Source: an uncultured Clostridia bacterium
GTDB taxonomy: Bacteria; Bacillota; Dehalobacteriia; UBA4068; CALXSR01
Reading direction: 5' to 3'
DNA: 64,000 bases
Assembly: GCA_944391215.1 (NCBI GenBank)
Contig: CALXSR010000010.1
Location: 28,547 to 92,546 of the forward strand
The notes beneath the pieces were generated by a model. It searched no databases, was not told where the DNA came from, and was given only the letters and a program-made list of their open reading frames with translations. Both the position numbers and the translations under genes were made by a program. This document shows, in pieces, positions 1 through 8,797 of this stretch (position 1 is the stretch's first letter; every line of letters starts with the position of its first letter).

Positions 1-336
1 CCCAGGCAAATAAGAAACAGTTACTGCAATCTGCTTTTGCAAATCCTCTTGAAAATGAGCCAATTCTTGCTGTTGCCAAGAGGAGGCCAATGCTTCTCCC
101 TGTTGTAACACCGCAGTCACTTCGGCATCATATCCATTGGGGTCTTCCAATACAGTGGGTAAAGCAGTATCAAACACAGAAAGAAGCGGGTTTAAAATAA
201 TAACCAATAACAAAAGCCCCATCACCATTCGGGCAAATCTTTGCATATCTCCTTTGGGTAAAAGCATTTCTATAAAAACTGCTAATAAAGTTAACATGGC
301 AATTTGGCGAACCAAATGAATGAAAATATCTATCAT
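1..336 (-). CDS. spoIIIAF: Stage III sporulation protein AF, N-terminal part only (gene runs off the window edge)
   Basis: Minus-strand translation from ATG at 336 gives MIDIFIHLVRQIAMLTLLAVFIEMLLPKGDMQRFARMVMGLLLLVIILNPLL..., which resembles the B. subtilis SpoIIIAF N-terminus (hydrophobic segment then MQKYAKMV-like motif). Sits directly downstream of spoIIIAE. Not in the ORF track because no stop falls inside the window. Confidence 0.6.
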   Translation of the reverse strand, partial: MIDIFIHLVRQIAMLTLLAVFIEMLLPKGDMQRFARMVMGLLLLVIILNPLLSVFDTALPTVLEDPNGYDAEVTAVLQQGEALASSWQQQELAHFQEDLQKQIAVTVSYLPG

Positions 337-346
337 ATTGCCGCAC

Positions 347-1507
347 CTACCTGAGCATCATATTGATATTGCCCATAAATACCAGAATTGCAATCATAAA
401 AAAGAACAAAAGCCCCACCGCGCCAACTGCGGCAAAAACCAAGGTTAAGGCACTGGATAAACCGCTTAAAGCATCCGATAAACGGTCTTCTCCCAAGGGT
501 TGAATTACCGCTCCCACAAAACGATATAGCAAAGACATCGCCATAATTTTAATAGCGGGAAAAGCACAAAGGAATAGAATGACAATCATCCCCAAAATAC
601 CCAATGCCGATTTTAATAGCAAAGCAGTCCCCATTACCGTATCCATGGCATCCGCCAAAGAACGGCCAATGACAGGAATAAAAGTACCGGCAGCCATTTT
701 TGCCGCCTTCAATTTTAACCCGTCTACAGAAGCACCAGCAAAGCCCATAATACCCATAAAACCGGAAAATACCGCTAAGCTAATGGTTAAGGTTCCTAAA
801 GAAATATCGCGACATAAGGACGCCATTTTGCCAATATTAAAGCGACTAGAAACCTGACTCAACATTTTTAAAATAGCTGTAATATAAATGAAAGGAAACA
901 CCACCGTATGAATGATGGTAGTCATAAGAGCCAAAGCTGCCAACATCATCGGATGGACCAAGGAAACCCCGGCTACACCTCCCATAGCAGCCAACAACAT
1001 GGAAAGCAAAGGAACAATCGCATAAATAAAATCTGTCATACGAGTAATAACGGCTTGCGCTTCTTGCATAACACCCGTAAAAGTCGCTAAACTAATCGCT
1101 ACCAAAGCCAAGTAAATAATCCCTTGCGCCAAAGGCGCAATACTACCGTTGGCAAACGCCTCTTGCAAACTATGTAAAACCAAAGCCGCAATCGCCAAAA
1201 CAATTAATTGCGCCAAGAGAGGGAGGCTGGCCGCAATCTGTTGGAAGAAAAGTTTACCGGCAATAGAAAATAAACTTTGCCAACTAAATTCATAATTACC
1301 GCTTTTTAACTCCTGCCATAAATCGCTAAATCGAAATTCCCCTATTTCCATATCATGATCCATTTCCTGCAAAAACTGTTCTAATTCTGTAAAATCAACA
1401 TCCGTAGTTGGATCAACGATATCTTGTGCCCAGGCCAGTTGTGGATAAAAAAACAGGAAAGATAAAACCACCAATAAGCTACAAAGATACTTTCCCTTTT
1501 TTTTCAT
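347..1507 (-). CDS. spoIIIAE: Stage III sporulation protein AE (polytopic membrane protein with signal peptide)
   Basis: 386 aa, N-terminal signal peptide then multiple TM helices. Position in an AA-AB-AC-AD-AE-AF gene order. Confidence 0.85.
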   Translation of the reverse strand: MKKKGKYLCSLLVVLSFLFFYPQLAWAQDIVDPTTDVDFTELEQFLQEMDHDMEIGEFRFSDLWQELKSGNYEFSWQSLFSIAGKLFFQQIAASLPLLAQLIVLAIAALVLHSLQEAFANGSIAPLAQGIIYLALVAISLATFTGVMQEAQAVITRMTDFIYAIVPLLSMLLAAMGGVAGVSLVHPMMLAALALMTTIIHTVVFPFIYITAILKMLSQVSSRFNIGKMASLCRDISLGTLTISLAVFSGFMGIMGFAGASVDGLKLKAAKMAAGTFIPVIGRSLADAMDTVMGTALLLKSALGILGMIVILFLCAFPAIKIMAMSLLYRFVGAVIQPLGEDRLSDALSGLSSALTLVFAAVGAVGLLFFFMIAILVFMGNINMMLR

Positions 1508-1524
1508 TTTATTCTCTCCTAACT

Positions 1525-1917
1525 TTATGGTAGCAATCGCAATACAGATTCTAAAACCGCTACCATAATGGGTAAGGCCATCGCCATTACTAAAACTTTA
1601 GCGGCAAATTCCACTTTCGTCGCCAAAGCATTTTGATTTGCGTCTCGACAAACTTGACCGCAAAATTCCGCAATATAGGTAACAGCCATTATCTTCAAAA
1701 TTGTAGAAAGATAAAATTGATTTAATCCGGCTTTTTCTGTTAGTTGCTGAAAGATAACAAATATTTCTCCTAACTGTGGCAATACTCGCAAAAATAATAT
1801 GATACCGGCTGCTAAAGGGATCATCAAAGCCAAAACAGGCATTTTCCCTTCTTTGACAAAAACAGCCATAATAGCAGCCACAATGGCCAAAGCTGCCAAT
1901 GGGATTATTGTTTGCAA
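1525..1917 (-). CDS. spoIIIAD: Stage III sporulation protein AD
   Basis: 130 aa small polytopic membrane protein. Size and position match SpoIIIAD. Confidence 0.85.
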   Translation of the reverse strand: MQTIIPLAALAIVAAIMAVFVKEGKMPVLALMIPLAAGIILFLRVLPQLGEIFVIFQQLTEKAGLNQFYLSTILKIMAVTYIAEFCGQVCRDANQNALATKVEFAAKVLVMAMALPIMVAVLESVLRLLP

Positions 1918-1934
1918 AAGCCCACCCCCAAGCT

Positions 1935-2135
1935 TCAGTAAAGTTTAAAAACACTTTGTACCTGCGCAAAAAGTTCCGCCAATAAGGGCAATACTTTAAT
2001 TAAAGCAATCGCCAAACCAACCACTAAAGTTAAATAAGCATATTCATCCCGGCCAGCTTGTTTTAAAAAAGTATGCACAATGGTTACGGCAATGGCTAAA
2101 CCAGTCAAAAAAAAGATTAAACTTGCATCAATCAT
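1935..2135 (-). CDS. spoIIIAC: Stage III sporulation protein AC
   Basis: 66 aa two-TM protein. Size and operon position match SpoIIIAC. Confidence 0.85.
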   Translation of the reverse strand: MIDASLIFFLTGLAIAVTIVHTFLKQAGRDEYAYLTLVVGLAIALIKVLPLLAELFAQVQSVFKLY

Positions 2136-2147
2136 ATTATCTATCTC

Positions 2148-2666
2148 CTAAAATAAGATTAGTATTAAAACAAAACCCAAAGCAATACTGAGGCTTTGCC
2201 GCACCTTAGCCAATTTTTCTTTTTCTTTTTGCGCTATCTCTTCTTGTGCTTGCAGCCGCACCCTTAATAAAGTCAATCTTTTTAATTGATCTTCTCCATC
2301 CGATAGCCCCAAGTTTTCTCCCATCAAAGAAGCGATTTGGATATCATCTTTTTTAAGGGAAAGAGTATTTTTTTTCTCCTGTAAACTCTTTTGCCAGGCT
2401 TCCCCCGCGGTAAACCCAATACCAGCTTGCAATTTTTGAGCTGTCCCCGTAAAAACACTTTGCAAATCGCCAGCCTGACCGGCAGCCTGTTGAAATGCTT
2501 GAGGCAACGGCGTTGCCCCGTAGCCAATCTCCGTTTCTAAAGCTAAAATACCCCTTTGTAAAGAAGCTAGCTGTTGTGGCCGCCGAATTAAATCAACTGT
2601 AGATAAGCGACCTGCTACCACGGAAGAACATAAGATAAAAATTGCCCCCAACAGCTTCCAAATCAT
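2148..2666 (-). CDS. spoIIIAB: Stage III sporulation protein AB
   Basis: 172 aa with N-terminal TM and C-terminal TM. Position between AA and AC. 4-nt overlap with spoIIIAA. Confidence 0.75.
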   Translation of the reverse strand: MIWKLLGAIFILCSSVVAGRLSTVDLIRRPQQLASLQRGILALETEIGYGATPLPQAFQQAAGQAGDLQSVFTGTAQKLQAGIGFTAGEAWQKSLQEKKNTLSLKKDDIQIASLMGENLGLSDGEDQLKRLTLLRVRLQAQEEIAQKEKEKLAKVRQSLSIALGFVLILILF

Positions 2667-3625
2667 CCTATCGCCCCCCGTAATTGGCGGAATTGATTAT
2701 CGTAAATACCCTCTATCGTACCTGGTCCTTTTCTACGGGATAACACAATATATCGATGAAAAATACCAGCTGCCGCTAATTCCTTCAAAACAGGTCTGTT
2801 TTGCATATCGGCAATATCGCTTCCATGGGCGCTGGCAATGATGGTTACCCCACATAAAGAAGCATTCCATACCGCCCCGATATCCGCTGGATTCCCCAAT
2901 TCATCCGTAATTAAAATATCGGGCGCAAAAGCACGTACCATCAAAGGTAATCCTTGTTCCTTTGGACAACCGCTTAAAATATCGCAATGACAACCAATAT
3001 CCATTTGCGCCAATCCATCACGGGAACCAGCAATTTCCGATCTTTCATCTACAATGCCCACTTGTTTTGGTATTTTTCCTCCGCTGCCATCGGCTAAAGT
3101 TCTAGAAATATCCCGCAATATCGTCGTTTTTCCGGCCCTCGGCGGTGAAATGATCAGGGTGTCCAAAACAGAATTGTCTTGCCACAAATAGGGTAAAATC
3201 TCTTGAGCTGCCCCCGGCACCTCCTTAGCAATGCGGATATTTAAGCAATTGATATTTTTCAGTGTTTTTAGCTCTCCATGACCTACCACCCCTTGCCCGG
3301 ATAAACCTACCCGATGGCCGCCAGGCAAAGTAAGATATCCCCAGCGCAATTCTTCTTCCAAGGCATATAAAGAGCTATCCGCCAATAAAAGAACCGTTTT
3401 ATTCATTTCTTCCCGCGTTAAGCAATATGCATGATTGTAACTGCTTTCTATATTACCTTGCGCATTTAACCAATAGTCTTTTTGAGCAGTACGCAAACAA
3501 ACAGGCTGACTGGTACGCAACCGAATTTCTTCTAAAGATAGTAAAAATTCCGGAGGCAAAGCAGAAAAAAGTTTTTTTAAACTAGGCGCCAAAAACTGTA
3601 AAATCATCGCAAAATCAGTACACAA
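2663..3625 (-). CDS. spoIIIAA: Stage III sporulation protein AA (secretion-type ATPase)
   Basis: 320 aa with Walker A SPPRAGKTT. First codon is TTG at 3625, preceded by RBS GGAAGGGGG 9 nt upstream. First gene of the operon. Confidence 0.85.
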   Translation of the reverse strand: MCTDFAMILQFLAPSLKKLFSALPPEFLLSLEEIRLRTSQPVCLRTAQKDYWLNAQGNIESSYNHAYCLTREEMNKTVLLLADSSLYALEEELRWGYLTLPGGHRVGLSGQGVVGHGELKTLKNINCLNIRIAKEVPGAAQEILPYLWQDNSVLDTLIISPPRAGKTTILRDISRTLADGSGGKIPKQVGIVDERSEIAGSRDGLAQMDIGCHCDILSGCPKEQGLPLMVRAFAPDILITDELGNPADIGAVWNASLCGVTIIASAHGSDIADMQNRPVLKELAAAGIFHRYIVLSRRKGPGTIEGIYDNQFRQLRGAIG

Positions 3626-3650
3626 CTCTTTGTCCCCCTTCCTTTATGGA

Positions 3651-3678
3651 ATATGTATGAAAAGGCTTGCCCCAATAG
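3651..3678 (-). promoter_or_regulatory. Putative sigma-E-type sporulation promoter for the spoIIIA operon
   Basis: Minus strand reads CTATT, 14 nt, CATACATAT, ending about 25 nt upstream of the spoIIIAA TTG start. It resembles the sigma-E consensus (ATATT-like -35, CATACA-T -10). B. subtilis spoIIIA is sigma-E dependent. Consensus is recalled from memory. Confidence 0.3.
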
Positions 3679-3681
3679 AAC

Positions 3682-3717
3682 AAAAAAAACCCGTCCCTCA
3701 AAAGAGGAACGGGTTTA
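3682..3717 (-). terminator. Rho-independent terminator after the acidic Cys-rich protein gene
   Basis: cccgtccctc aaaa gaggaacggg hairpin followed on the minus strand by TTTTTTTT. Near-palindromic with an A-run on the plus side, so possibly bidirectional. Confidence 0.7.
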
Positions 3718-3740
3718 TCTGGTCTTTAAATTATAAAATT

Positions 3741-4184
3741 TTATTTTTGTTCTTCTTCCGAACCACAGCAGCAACCGGGTTCGCAGCAACCATCTTCTTC
3801 ATCTAAAAAGCAAGCGTCATCATTATCAAAAACAACGGCACCACAATTTGGGCAAGTAACTTCAATCGGTTCATCAGCTGTAAGAATGTCGCTTTCAAAA
3901 CAAACTTCTTCACCGCAATCCGGACATTCCACGGTTACAAAGTCATCTTCCTCCTCGTCTTCTTCATAGAAGTCGTCTTCTAAATCAGCCAAATCACTAT
4001 CCAAGCTTTCCACATATTCTTCTAATTCTTCTTGTTCTTCATACAAATCGTCGATGGAATCGGCCATATCTTCCAATACGTCCAAAACCTCCAATAGTAA
4101 TTTACCTTCTTTGCTTTCAGTGTTAATGTCTAAACCATCGGCCAATCCTTTTAAATAGGAAACCTTTTTTTCTAAACTAGTCAT
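3741..4184 (-). CDS. Highly acidic protein with two CxxC zinc-ribbon-like pairs and a C-terminal Cys cluster; conserved efp-spoIIIA neighbour in Clostridia-like genomes
   Basis: 147 aa, very D/E rich, CPDCG...CPNCG pairs and C-terminal CCEPGCCCGSEEE. Strong RBS GGAGGGAGG. Own terminator downstream. Confidence 0.6.
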   Translation of the reverse strand: MTSLEKKVSYLKGLADGLDINTESKEGKLLLEVLDVLEDMADSIDDLYEEQEELEEYVESLDSDLADLEDDFYEEDEEEDDFVTVECPDCGEEVCFESDILTADEPIEVTCPNCGAVVFDNDDACFLDEEDGCCEPGCCCGSEEEQK

Positions 4185-4223
4185 AATAAGTTACCTCCCT
4201 CCAAAATCCTTTCTTAATATTTC

Positions 4224-4781
4224 CTAAGCACGTTCAATATAATCCCCCGTTTTTGTATTTACACGAATGCGGTCCCCCACATTGATGAAAAACGGTACGC
4301 GCACAATCACCCCAGTTTCCAAAGTAGCCGGCTTATTTCCACCGGAAGCGGTATCGCCTTTAATACCGGGTTCCGTTTCCACTACTTCCAATTCCACCTG
4401 TGTGGGCAAATCAACACCCAAAACATTTCCTTGATAGTATAAAGCAATCACATTCATTTCTTCTTTTAAATATTTAACGCCATCGCCTAACTGCTCTTCA
4501 GATAAAGGCACTTGTTCATAAGATTGGTTATCCATAAAAATATAAGATTCCCCGTCATGATACAAATATTGCATTTCTCTTCTTTCTAATATAGCATTTT
4601 GGAATTTTTCCCCGGCATTAAATGTTTTTTCCAAAACAGCGCCCGTGCGAACATTTTTTAATTTGGTTCTTACAAAGGCAGAACCTTTTCCAGGTTTTAC
4701 ATGCTGAAAATCAACAATTACATAAGCATCGCCATCAATTTCTATGGAAACGCCCGTTTTAAAATCATTGGTGGAAATCAC
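4224..4781 (-). CDS. efp: Translation elongation factor P
   Basis: [42 protein letters not shown] matches the EF-P N-terminus. Start re-called to GTG at 4781 (185 aa) with a GGGGG RBS 7 nt upstream. The ORF-track N-terminal extension [12 protein letters not shown] is probably untranslated. Confidence 0.9.
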   Translation of the reverse strand: MISTNDFKTGVSIEIDGDAYVIVDFQHVKPGKGSAFVRTKLKNVRTGAVLEKTFNAGEKFQNAILERREMQYLYHDGESYIFMDNQSYEQVPLSEEQLGDGVKYLKEEMNVIALYYQGNVLGVDLPTQVELEVVETEPGIKGDTASGGNKPATLETGVIVRVPFFINVGDRIRVNTKTGDYIERA

Positions 4782-4884
4782 AAAAAAACCCCCTACATCA
4801 CAAGTATCTTTTTTCACGGAACTTTGTCCAGTATCTTTATTATTTTACCACAAAACAAATACAATAAACAATGGGCAAACAAAA

Positions 4885-4910
4885 AGAGCTGATAAAAATC
4901 AGCTCTTTTC
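4885..4910 (-). terminator. Terminator downstream of rplS
   Basis: agagctgat aaaa atcagctct hairpin followed on the minus strand by TTTTTGTTTG. Also T-rich on the plus side. Confidence 0.65.
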
Positions 4911-4914
4911 TTAT

Positions 4915-5259
4915 TTATTTACGAATTTCTTTAATTCTGGCGGCTTTACCAGTTAAATTGCGCAAATAATATAATTTTGCCCGACGAATTTTCCCTCGGC
5001 GTACCACTTCAATTTTTTCAATACGTGGCGAATGAAGCGGGAAAGTTCTTTCTACACCAATCCCATAACTTACCCGACGCACGGTAAAGGTTTCGCTCAA
5101 ACCACCGCCATGACGACGGATGCAAATGCCTTCAAATACCTGAATCCGTTCCCTGGAGCCTTCTACAATTTTTGCATTCACTTTTAAAGTATCCCCCGGA
5201 CGGAACTGAGGAATGTCCTGACGCAGTTGTTCTTGTTCCACTGCTTTAATTAAATCCAT
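4915..5259 (-). CDS. rplS: 50S ribosomal protein L19
   Basis: [27 protein letters not shown]... is a typical L19. Start at ATG 5259 with an AGGAGG RBS. The ORF-track 12-aa extension is rejected. Confidence 0.9.
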   Translation of the reverse strand: MDLIKAVEQEQLRQDIPQFRPGDTLKVNAKIVEGSRERIQVFEGICIRRHGGGLSETFTVRRVSYGIGVERTFPLHSPRIEKIEVVRRGKIRRAKLYYLRNLTGKAARIKEIRK

Positions 5260-5362
5260 AAGTTTTCCTCCTTCCTTAAGAACGTTCATTCCCATCTAGC
5301 ATGGCAGAGGACCGTTCTGCTTTTGCACCTACAAACACGCAAATTATTATAACACAACTTTT

Positions 5363-6679
5363 TTACCAAGGCAAGGGCTGTCTGGAAAAATTCTCCCCCT
5401 GCAAGCGGTCAAGAATAATGGCAGCCGCGGAACGCACCGAAAGATGATTATACGGACCTTGCCCATAAATTGGCCGCAAATGAAAATCGCAAGAAGCAAT
5501 CATTTCATCTGTTAAGCCCCAGCCTGTTCCAAACAAAAGCAAATAATTGCCGCCTTTTTCTCGCATTTGTTTCCGCATGGTCGGATAATCCATCATTTTA
5601 TCATTTGGTTTGGCGCTCGTAGAAATAAGATATAATGGCGCATCGTTTTTTTGTTTTATTTCTATCAACGCTTCCGATAAATCAGCAATCAAACGAACGC
5701 AGGATACCGCTTCATGGCGGTCCGGATTATAAGCGCCGCCAAACCCATCCTGCCAATGGCCAATTAACTGTCCAATCAATGCTCTTTGACTTTCCCCCGG
5801 TTGCACAATAAAATAGTTTTCCACGCCAAAGGTTACCGCCGAGCGGGCAATATCATGCAAATCCAAATTGGTTAAAGAAGTATTGATAATTTGTTTCTTT
5901 TTATTATAAACCGGATAATGCAATAAGGCCACATATAATCGGTAAGGCTTTTCTTTCTCCTGCCTTACCTTTTGTAAATATACCATATCGTCTTGCGTTA
6001 AAGGGGCCTGTTCTAACAAATCCGGTCTTCTTTCCAAAGTCACCTTCAAACTTTCCTGTCGTCGATATTGGGCAATTTCTTTATGATTTCCGTTTAATAA
6101 AGGTTGCGGCACACTTTTCCCCCGAAATTCCGGCGGCCGAGTATATTGCGGATATTCCAATAAACCGGCGCTAAAACTTTCTTCCTCCGCCGATGCTTCA
6201 TCGCCTAAAACCCCAGGTATCAACCGAACAATACTTTCTACCATCGCCATCGTTGGAATTTCCCCGCCGGTTAATACAAAATCACCAATCGACAAAATAT
6301 CGGTAGCCAATTCTTCCTCTACTCTTTGATCAATGCCCTCATAATGTCCACATATAAAAATCAACTGCTCGGCTTCACGCAATTCCCGCGCTTTTTGTTG
6401 GGTAAAAAGTTCCCCCCGCGGGCTGGTAATAATAACACGCGTCTTCCCCTTTTTTTGCATACAATCTTCCACAGCGGCAAAAATAGGCTCCGGTTTCATT
6501 ACCATGCCAGCTCCACCGCCATATAAACGGTCATCCGTAATTTGATGTTTATCGGTTGTATAATCGCGAATATTCGTTATTTGAATTTCTGCCAATCCTT
6601 TATTTTGCGCCCTTTTCATCATACTTTCTTGCAAAGGGCCAAACATGGCTGGAAACAAAGTCAAAATATCAATACGCAT
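5363..6679 (-). CDS. trmD: tRNA (guanine37-N1)-methyltransferase TrmD fused in frame to a C-terminal second SPOUT-like methyltransferase domain
   Basis: Residues 1 to about 240 are TrmD (MRIDILTLFP...GGGAGMVM...GHYEGIDQR). Residues about 250 to 438 carry a separate knotted-methyltransferase-like tail ending LSVRSAAAIILDRL. Single uninterrupted ORF. Confidence 0.85.
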   Translation of the reverse strand: MRIDILTLFPAMFGPLQESMMKRAQNKGLAEIQITNIRDYTTDKHQITDDRLYGGGAGMVMKPEPIFAAVEDCMQKKGKTRVIITSPRGELFTQQKARELREAEQLIFICGHYEGIDQRVEEELATDILSIGDFVLTGGEIPTMAMVESIVRLIPGVLGDEASAEEESFSAGLLEYPQYTRPPEFRGKSVPQPLLNGNHKEIAQYRRQESLKVTLERRPDLLEQAPLTQDDMVYLQKVRQEKEKPYRLYVALLHYPVYNKKKQIINTSLTNLDLHDIARSAVTFGVENYFIVQPGESQRALIGQLIGHWQDGFGGAYNPDRHEAVSCVRLIADLSEALIEIKQKNDAPLYLISTSAKPNDKMMDYPTMRKQMREKGGNYLLLFGTGWGLTDEMIASCDFHLRPIYGQGPYNHLSVRSAAAIILDRLQGENFSRQPLPW

Positions 6680-6688
6680 GCTTTTCTC

Positions 6689-7192
6689 CTATTCCATTAA
6701 GCCTTGTGGTAATTGTACCATCATTTTTTGATTTTCTACATCAATTTCATGGATAAATTCTTTTATTGCCGGTATCATAAAGGTTTTACCGTTTTCTTGC
6801 TCTACCACATAATAGTCCGTCCCGCCGCGACTATCAATTGCTATTATCTTTCCTAATAGTATTTCCTTTTGACAAACCGCCATCCCAATCAACTGAAAAT
6901 GATAATAACTACCTTCTGGTAAAACAGGCAAATCGGTTTTATCAACCAATAAATAGGAAGGGCAAGCCTTTTCCGCATCATTGCGATCTGGCAGTTCCTC
7001 AAAGGATAATAAAAGCCCGCCTTTATAGGGTTCACTTTGTAGTATCGTTACATATTGTTGTGTTTTTTCTAAAAAAAGACGAGTGCCTTTTTGAAAACGG
7101 GCTGGATTATCGCTAATACATTCCACTTTAACCTGCCCTTTTATTCCATGAACACCGTAAATACGTCCTACGATGATAGTTTCCTTTTTCAT
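6689..7192 (-). CDS. rimM: 16S rRNA processing protein RimM
   Basis: MKKETIIVGRIYGVHGIKGQVKV is the RimM N-terminus, with a PRC barrel at the C-terminus. Start re-called to ATG 7192. The ORF-track 34-aa Lys/Arg-rich extension overlaps the upstream MFS gene end and is rejected. Confidence 0.85.
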   Translation of the reverse strand: MKKETIIVGRIYGVHGIKGQVKVECISDNPARFQKGTRLFLEKTQQYVTILQSEPYKGGLLLSFEELPDRNDAEKACPSYLLVDKTDLPVLPEGSYYHFQLIGMAVCQKEILLGKIIAIDSRGGTDYYVVEQENGKTFMIPAIKEFIHEIDVENQKMMVQLPQGLME

Positions 7193-7205
7193 CCGTTTCC
7201 CCTTT

Positions 7206-8453
7206 TTATTCCGTTTTTTCTTGCGTCCGATACCGCAACGAAGCCTTTTGCGCGATTCGGAATACCATAAAAATAACAACTGCGATAGCAGCATAACATA
7301 ATAACATAAAACGATAACTTCCAGTTAAATCATAACTAAAATTTAATAATGGCGCCCCGCAGGCCACCCCGGCGGCCAGCGTTGCCAAAAAAATACCCAC
7401 TATGGTGGAATATCCTTTTAAACCAAATAAATCCGTTGCCAAAAAAGTAATAATTAAAGTTTCTAAAGGCAAAGAAAAGCCCAAAAGCAAGGCATAGGCA
7501 ATGGCCATCCATTCTGTTTTTGCAAAAGCCAAAAATAAAATTGCTGCCAAATAGGCAATAATGCAAATTAGCATACTGGTATGTAAATTCCATTTATCAT
7601 AAATCCAGCCAATACTTAATTTAGCAAAAGCCAAAGACAAATAAACCATACCGGAAATACCTGCCGCAAAGTGCACATCAAAACCCCTATCGGTTAAATG
7701 TGCCGGGGCGGAAAGTACAACCGGGTTGGTAATTAAACCAATTAAAAAAATAAGCAAAACAGTCAAATAAAAATATGGCTGATGAAAAGCCTCTTTGGCA
7801 CTTGAGCCCTGCCAATAGGCAGTTTTTGTGGTTTTCTCCTTGCTATTTTCCAATCCATAAGCAACCAGTCCCTTGTCTGCAGGATGATTACGAACCAATA
7901 ATAAAATCGGAACCATAGCACAAAGCATAATCATGCTAGATATCAAATAAGATTGTCGCCAACCCATATCGGCAATCCAGTTTCCTACCAACATATTAAA
8001 AAGAAAGCCCCCAACACCGCTGCCGGCAAAAATAAGACCTAAAATGGTTCCCCTATGTTTTGCAAACCAATTATTGATCAAGCTGGAAATTACGGCAGTA
8101 GAGGCAAAAGAAAATGCTGCCCCTAATAAAATACCGCCAACATAAAAAAGCGGTAATTGAGCGGCAATAGAAAATAAAAACATGGCGCCTGCAGCAAACA
8201 GCATTCCAATAGACATCATTTTATGCATACCAAAAATGCCCACCAGGAAACCAAAAGAGAGGTTTAAAATTACCGAAGTGACAGAGCGTAAACTATGCGT
8301 AATGGAATAAGCGCCTCGGGTAAATCCAAGCGACTCCGTAATTGGAGTCACATAAAGACCATTTGGAGAATTTCCTAAGCCCAATAAAACAAAAGAGCTA
8401 ATAAAACAGGCTAAAACCACAAACCACCCATAAAAAACCTTTTTTTGTTTCAT
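7206..8453 (-). CDS. MFS transporter, 12 TM, oxalate/formate-antiporter-like; substrate unknown
   Basis: 415 aa polytopic protein of MFS architecture. Lies between the KH-domain gene and rimM inside the rpsP operon. Confidence 0.8.
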   Translation of the reverse strand: MKQKKVFYGWFVVLACFISSFVLLGLGNSPNGLYVTPITESLGFTRGAYSITHSLRSVTSVILNLSFGFLVGIFGMHKMMSIGMLFAAGAMFLFSIAAQLPLFYVGGILLGAAFSFASTAVISSLINNWFAKHRGTILGLIFAGSGVGGFLFNMLVGNWIADMGWRQSYLISSMIMLCAMVPILLLVRNHPADKGLVAYGLENSKEKTTKTAYWQGSSAKEAFHQPYFYLTVLLIFLIGLITNPVVLSAPAHLTDRGFDVHFAAGISGMVYLSLAFAKLSIGWIYDKWNLHTSMLICIIAYLAAILFLAFAKTEWMAIAYALLLGFSLPLETLIITFLATDLFGLKGYSTIVGIFLATLAAGVACGAPLLNFSYDLTGSYRFMLLCYAAIAVVIFMVFRIAQKASLRYRTQEKTE

Positions 8454-8527
8454 GTTCTCTTTTCCCCTATTTCATAATAAGGAGAGTCAAAAACAAGGTT
8501 GCTTCAGACTCTCCTCAATATGCTTGT

Positions 8528-8755
8528 CTATTCGATTTCCAAATCGGCTTTTTTGCCTTCCTTGGCGGCAACCGCTTTTAAAACAGAACGCATTGCTTTT
8601 GCAATTCGTCCTTGCTTTCCGATTACTTTTCCCATATCATCGGATGCAACATGCAAAGTCAAGGAGATGACGCCGTCATTTTCGGTTTCCGTCACCACAA
8701 TTTCCTCCGGATGTTCCACCAAAGCTTTTACCATATATTCCACGAGCTCTTTCAA
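8528..8755 (-). CDS. KH-domain RNA-binding protein (YlqC/UPF0109 family)
   Basis: 75 aa with GKVIGKQGRIAKAMR KH motif. Immediately downstream of rpsP. Confidence 0.8.
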   Translation of the reverse strand: MKELVEYMVKALVEHPEEIVVTETENDGVISLTLHVASDDMGKVIGKQGRIAKAMRSVLKAVAAKEGKKADLEIE

Positions 8756-8797
8756 AATTCTCCCTCCTTAGGAGTGCGCGTAAAAAAGCGGCGAAAA

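Noticed and set aside
579-857. 92-aa plus-strand ORF inside spoIIIAE
   Set aside because: Entirely antisense to a well-supported membrane-protein gene. No RBS and no recognisable family.
1598-1969. 123-aa minus-strand ORF overlapping spoIIIAD and spoIIIAC in another frame
   Set aside because: Alternative-frame overlap of two conserved genes. Cys/Arg-rich junk composition.
4818-4876. Searched the efp upstream region for a sigma-A promoter
   Set aside because: Only weak hexamer matches (TTGTAT, TAATAA with poor spacing). Not reported as a feature.
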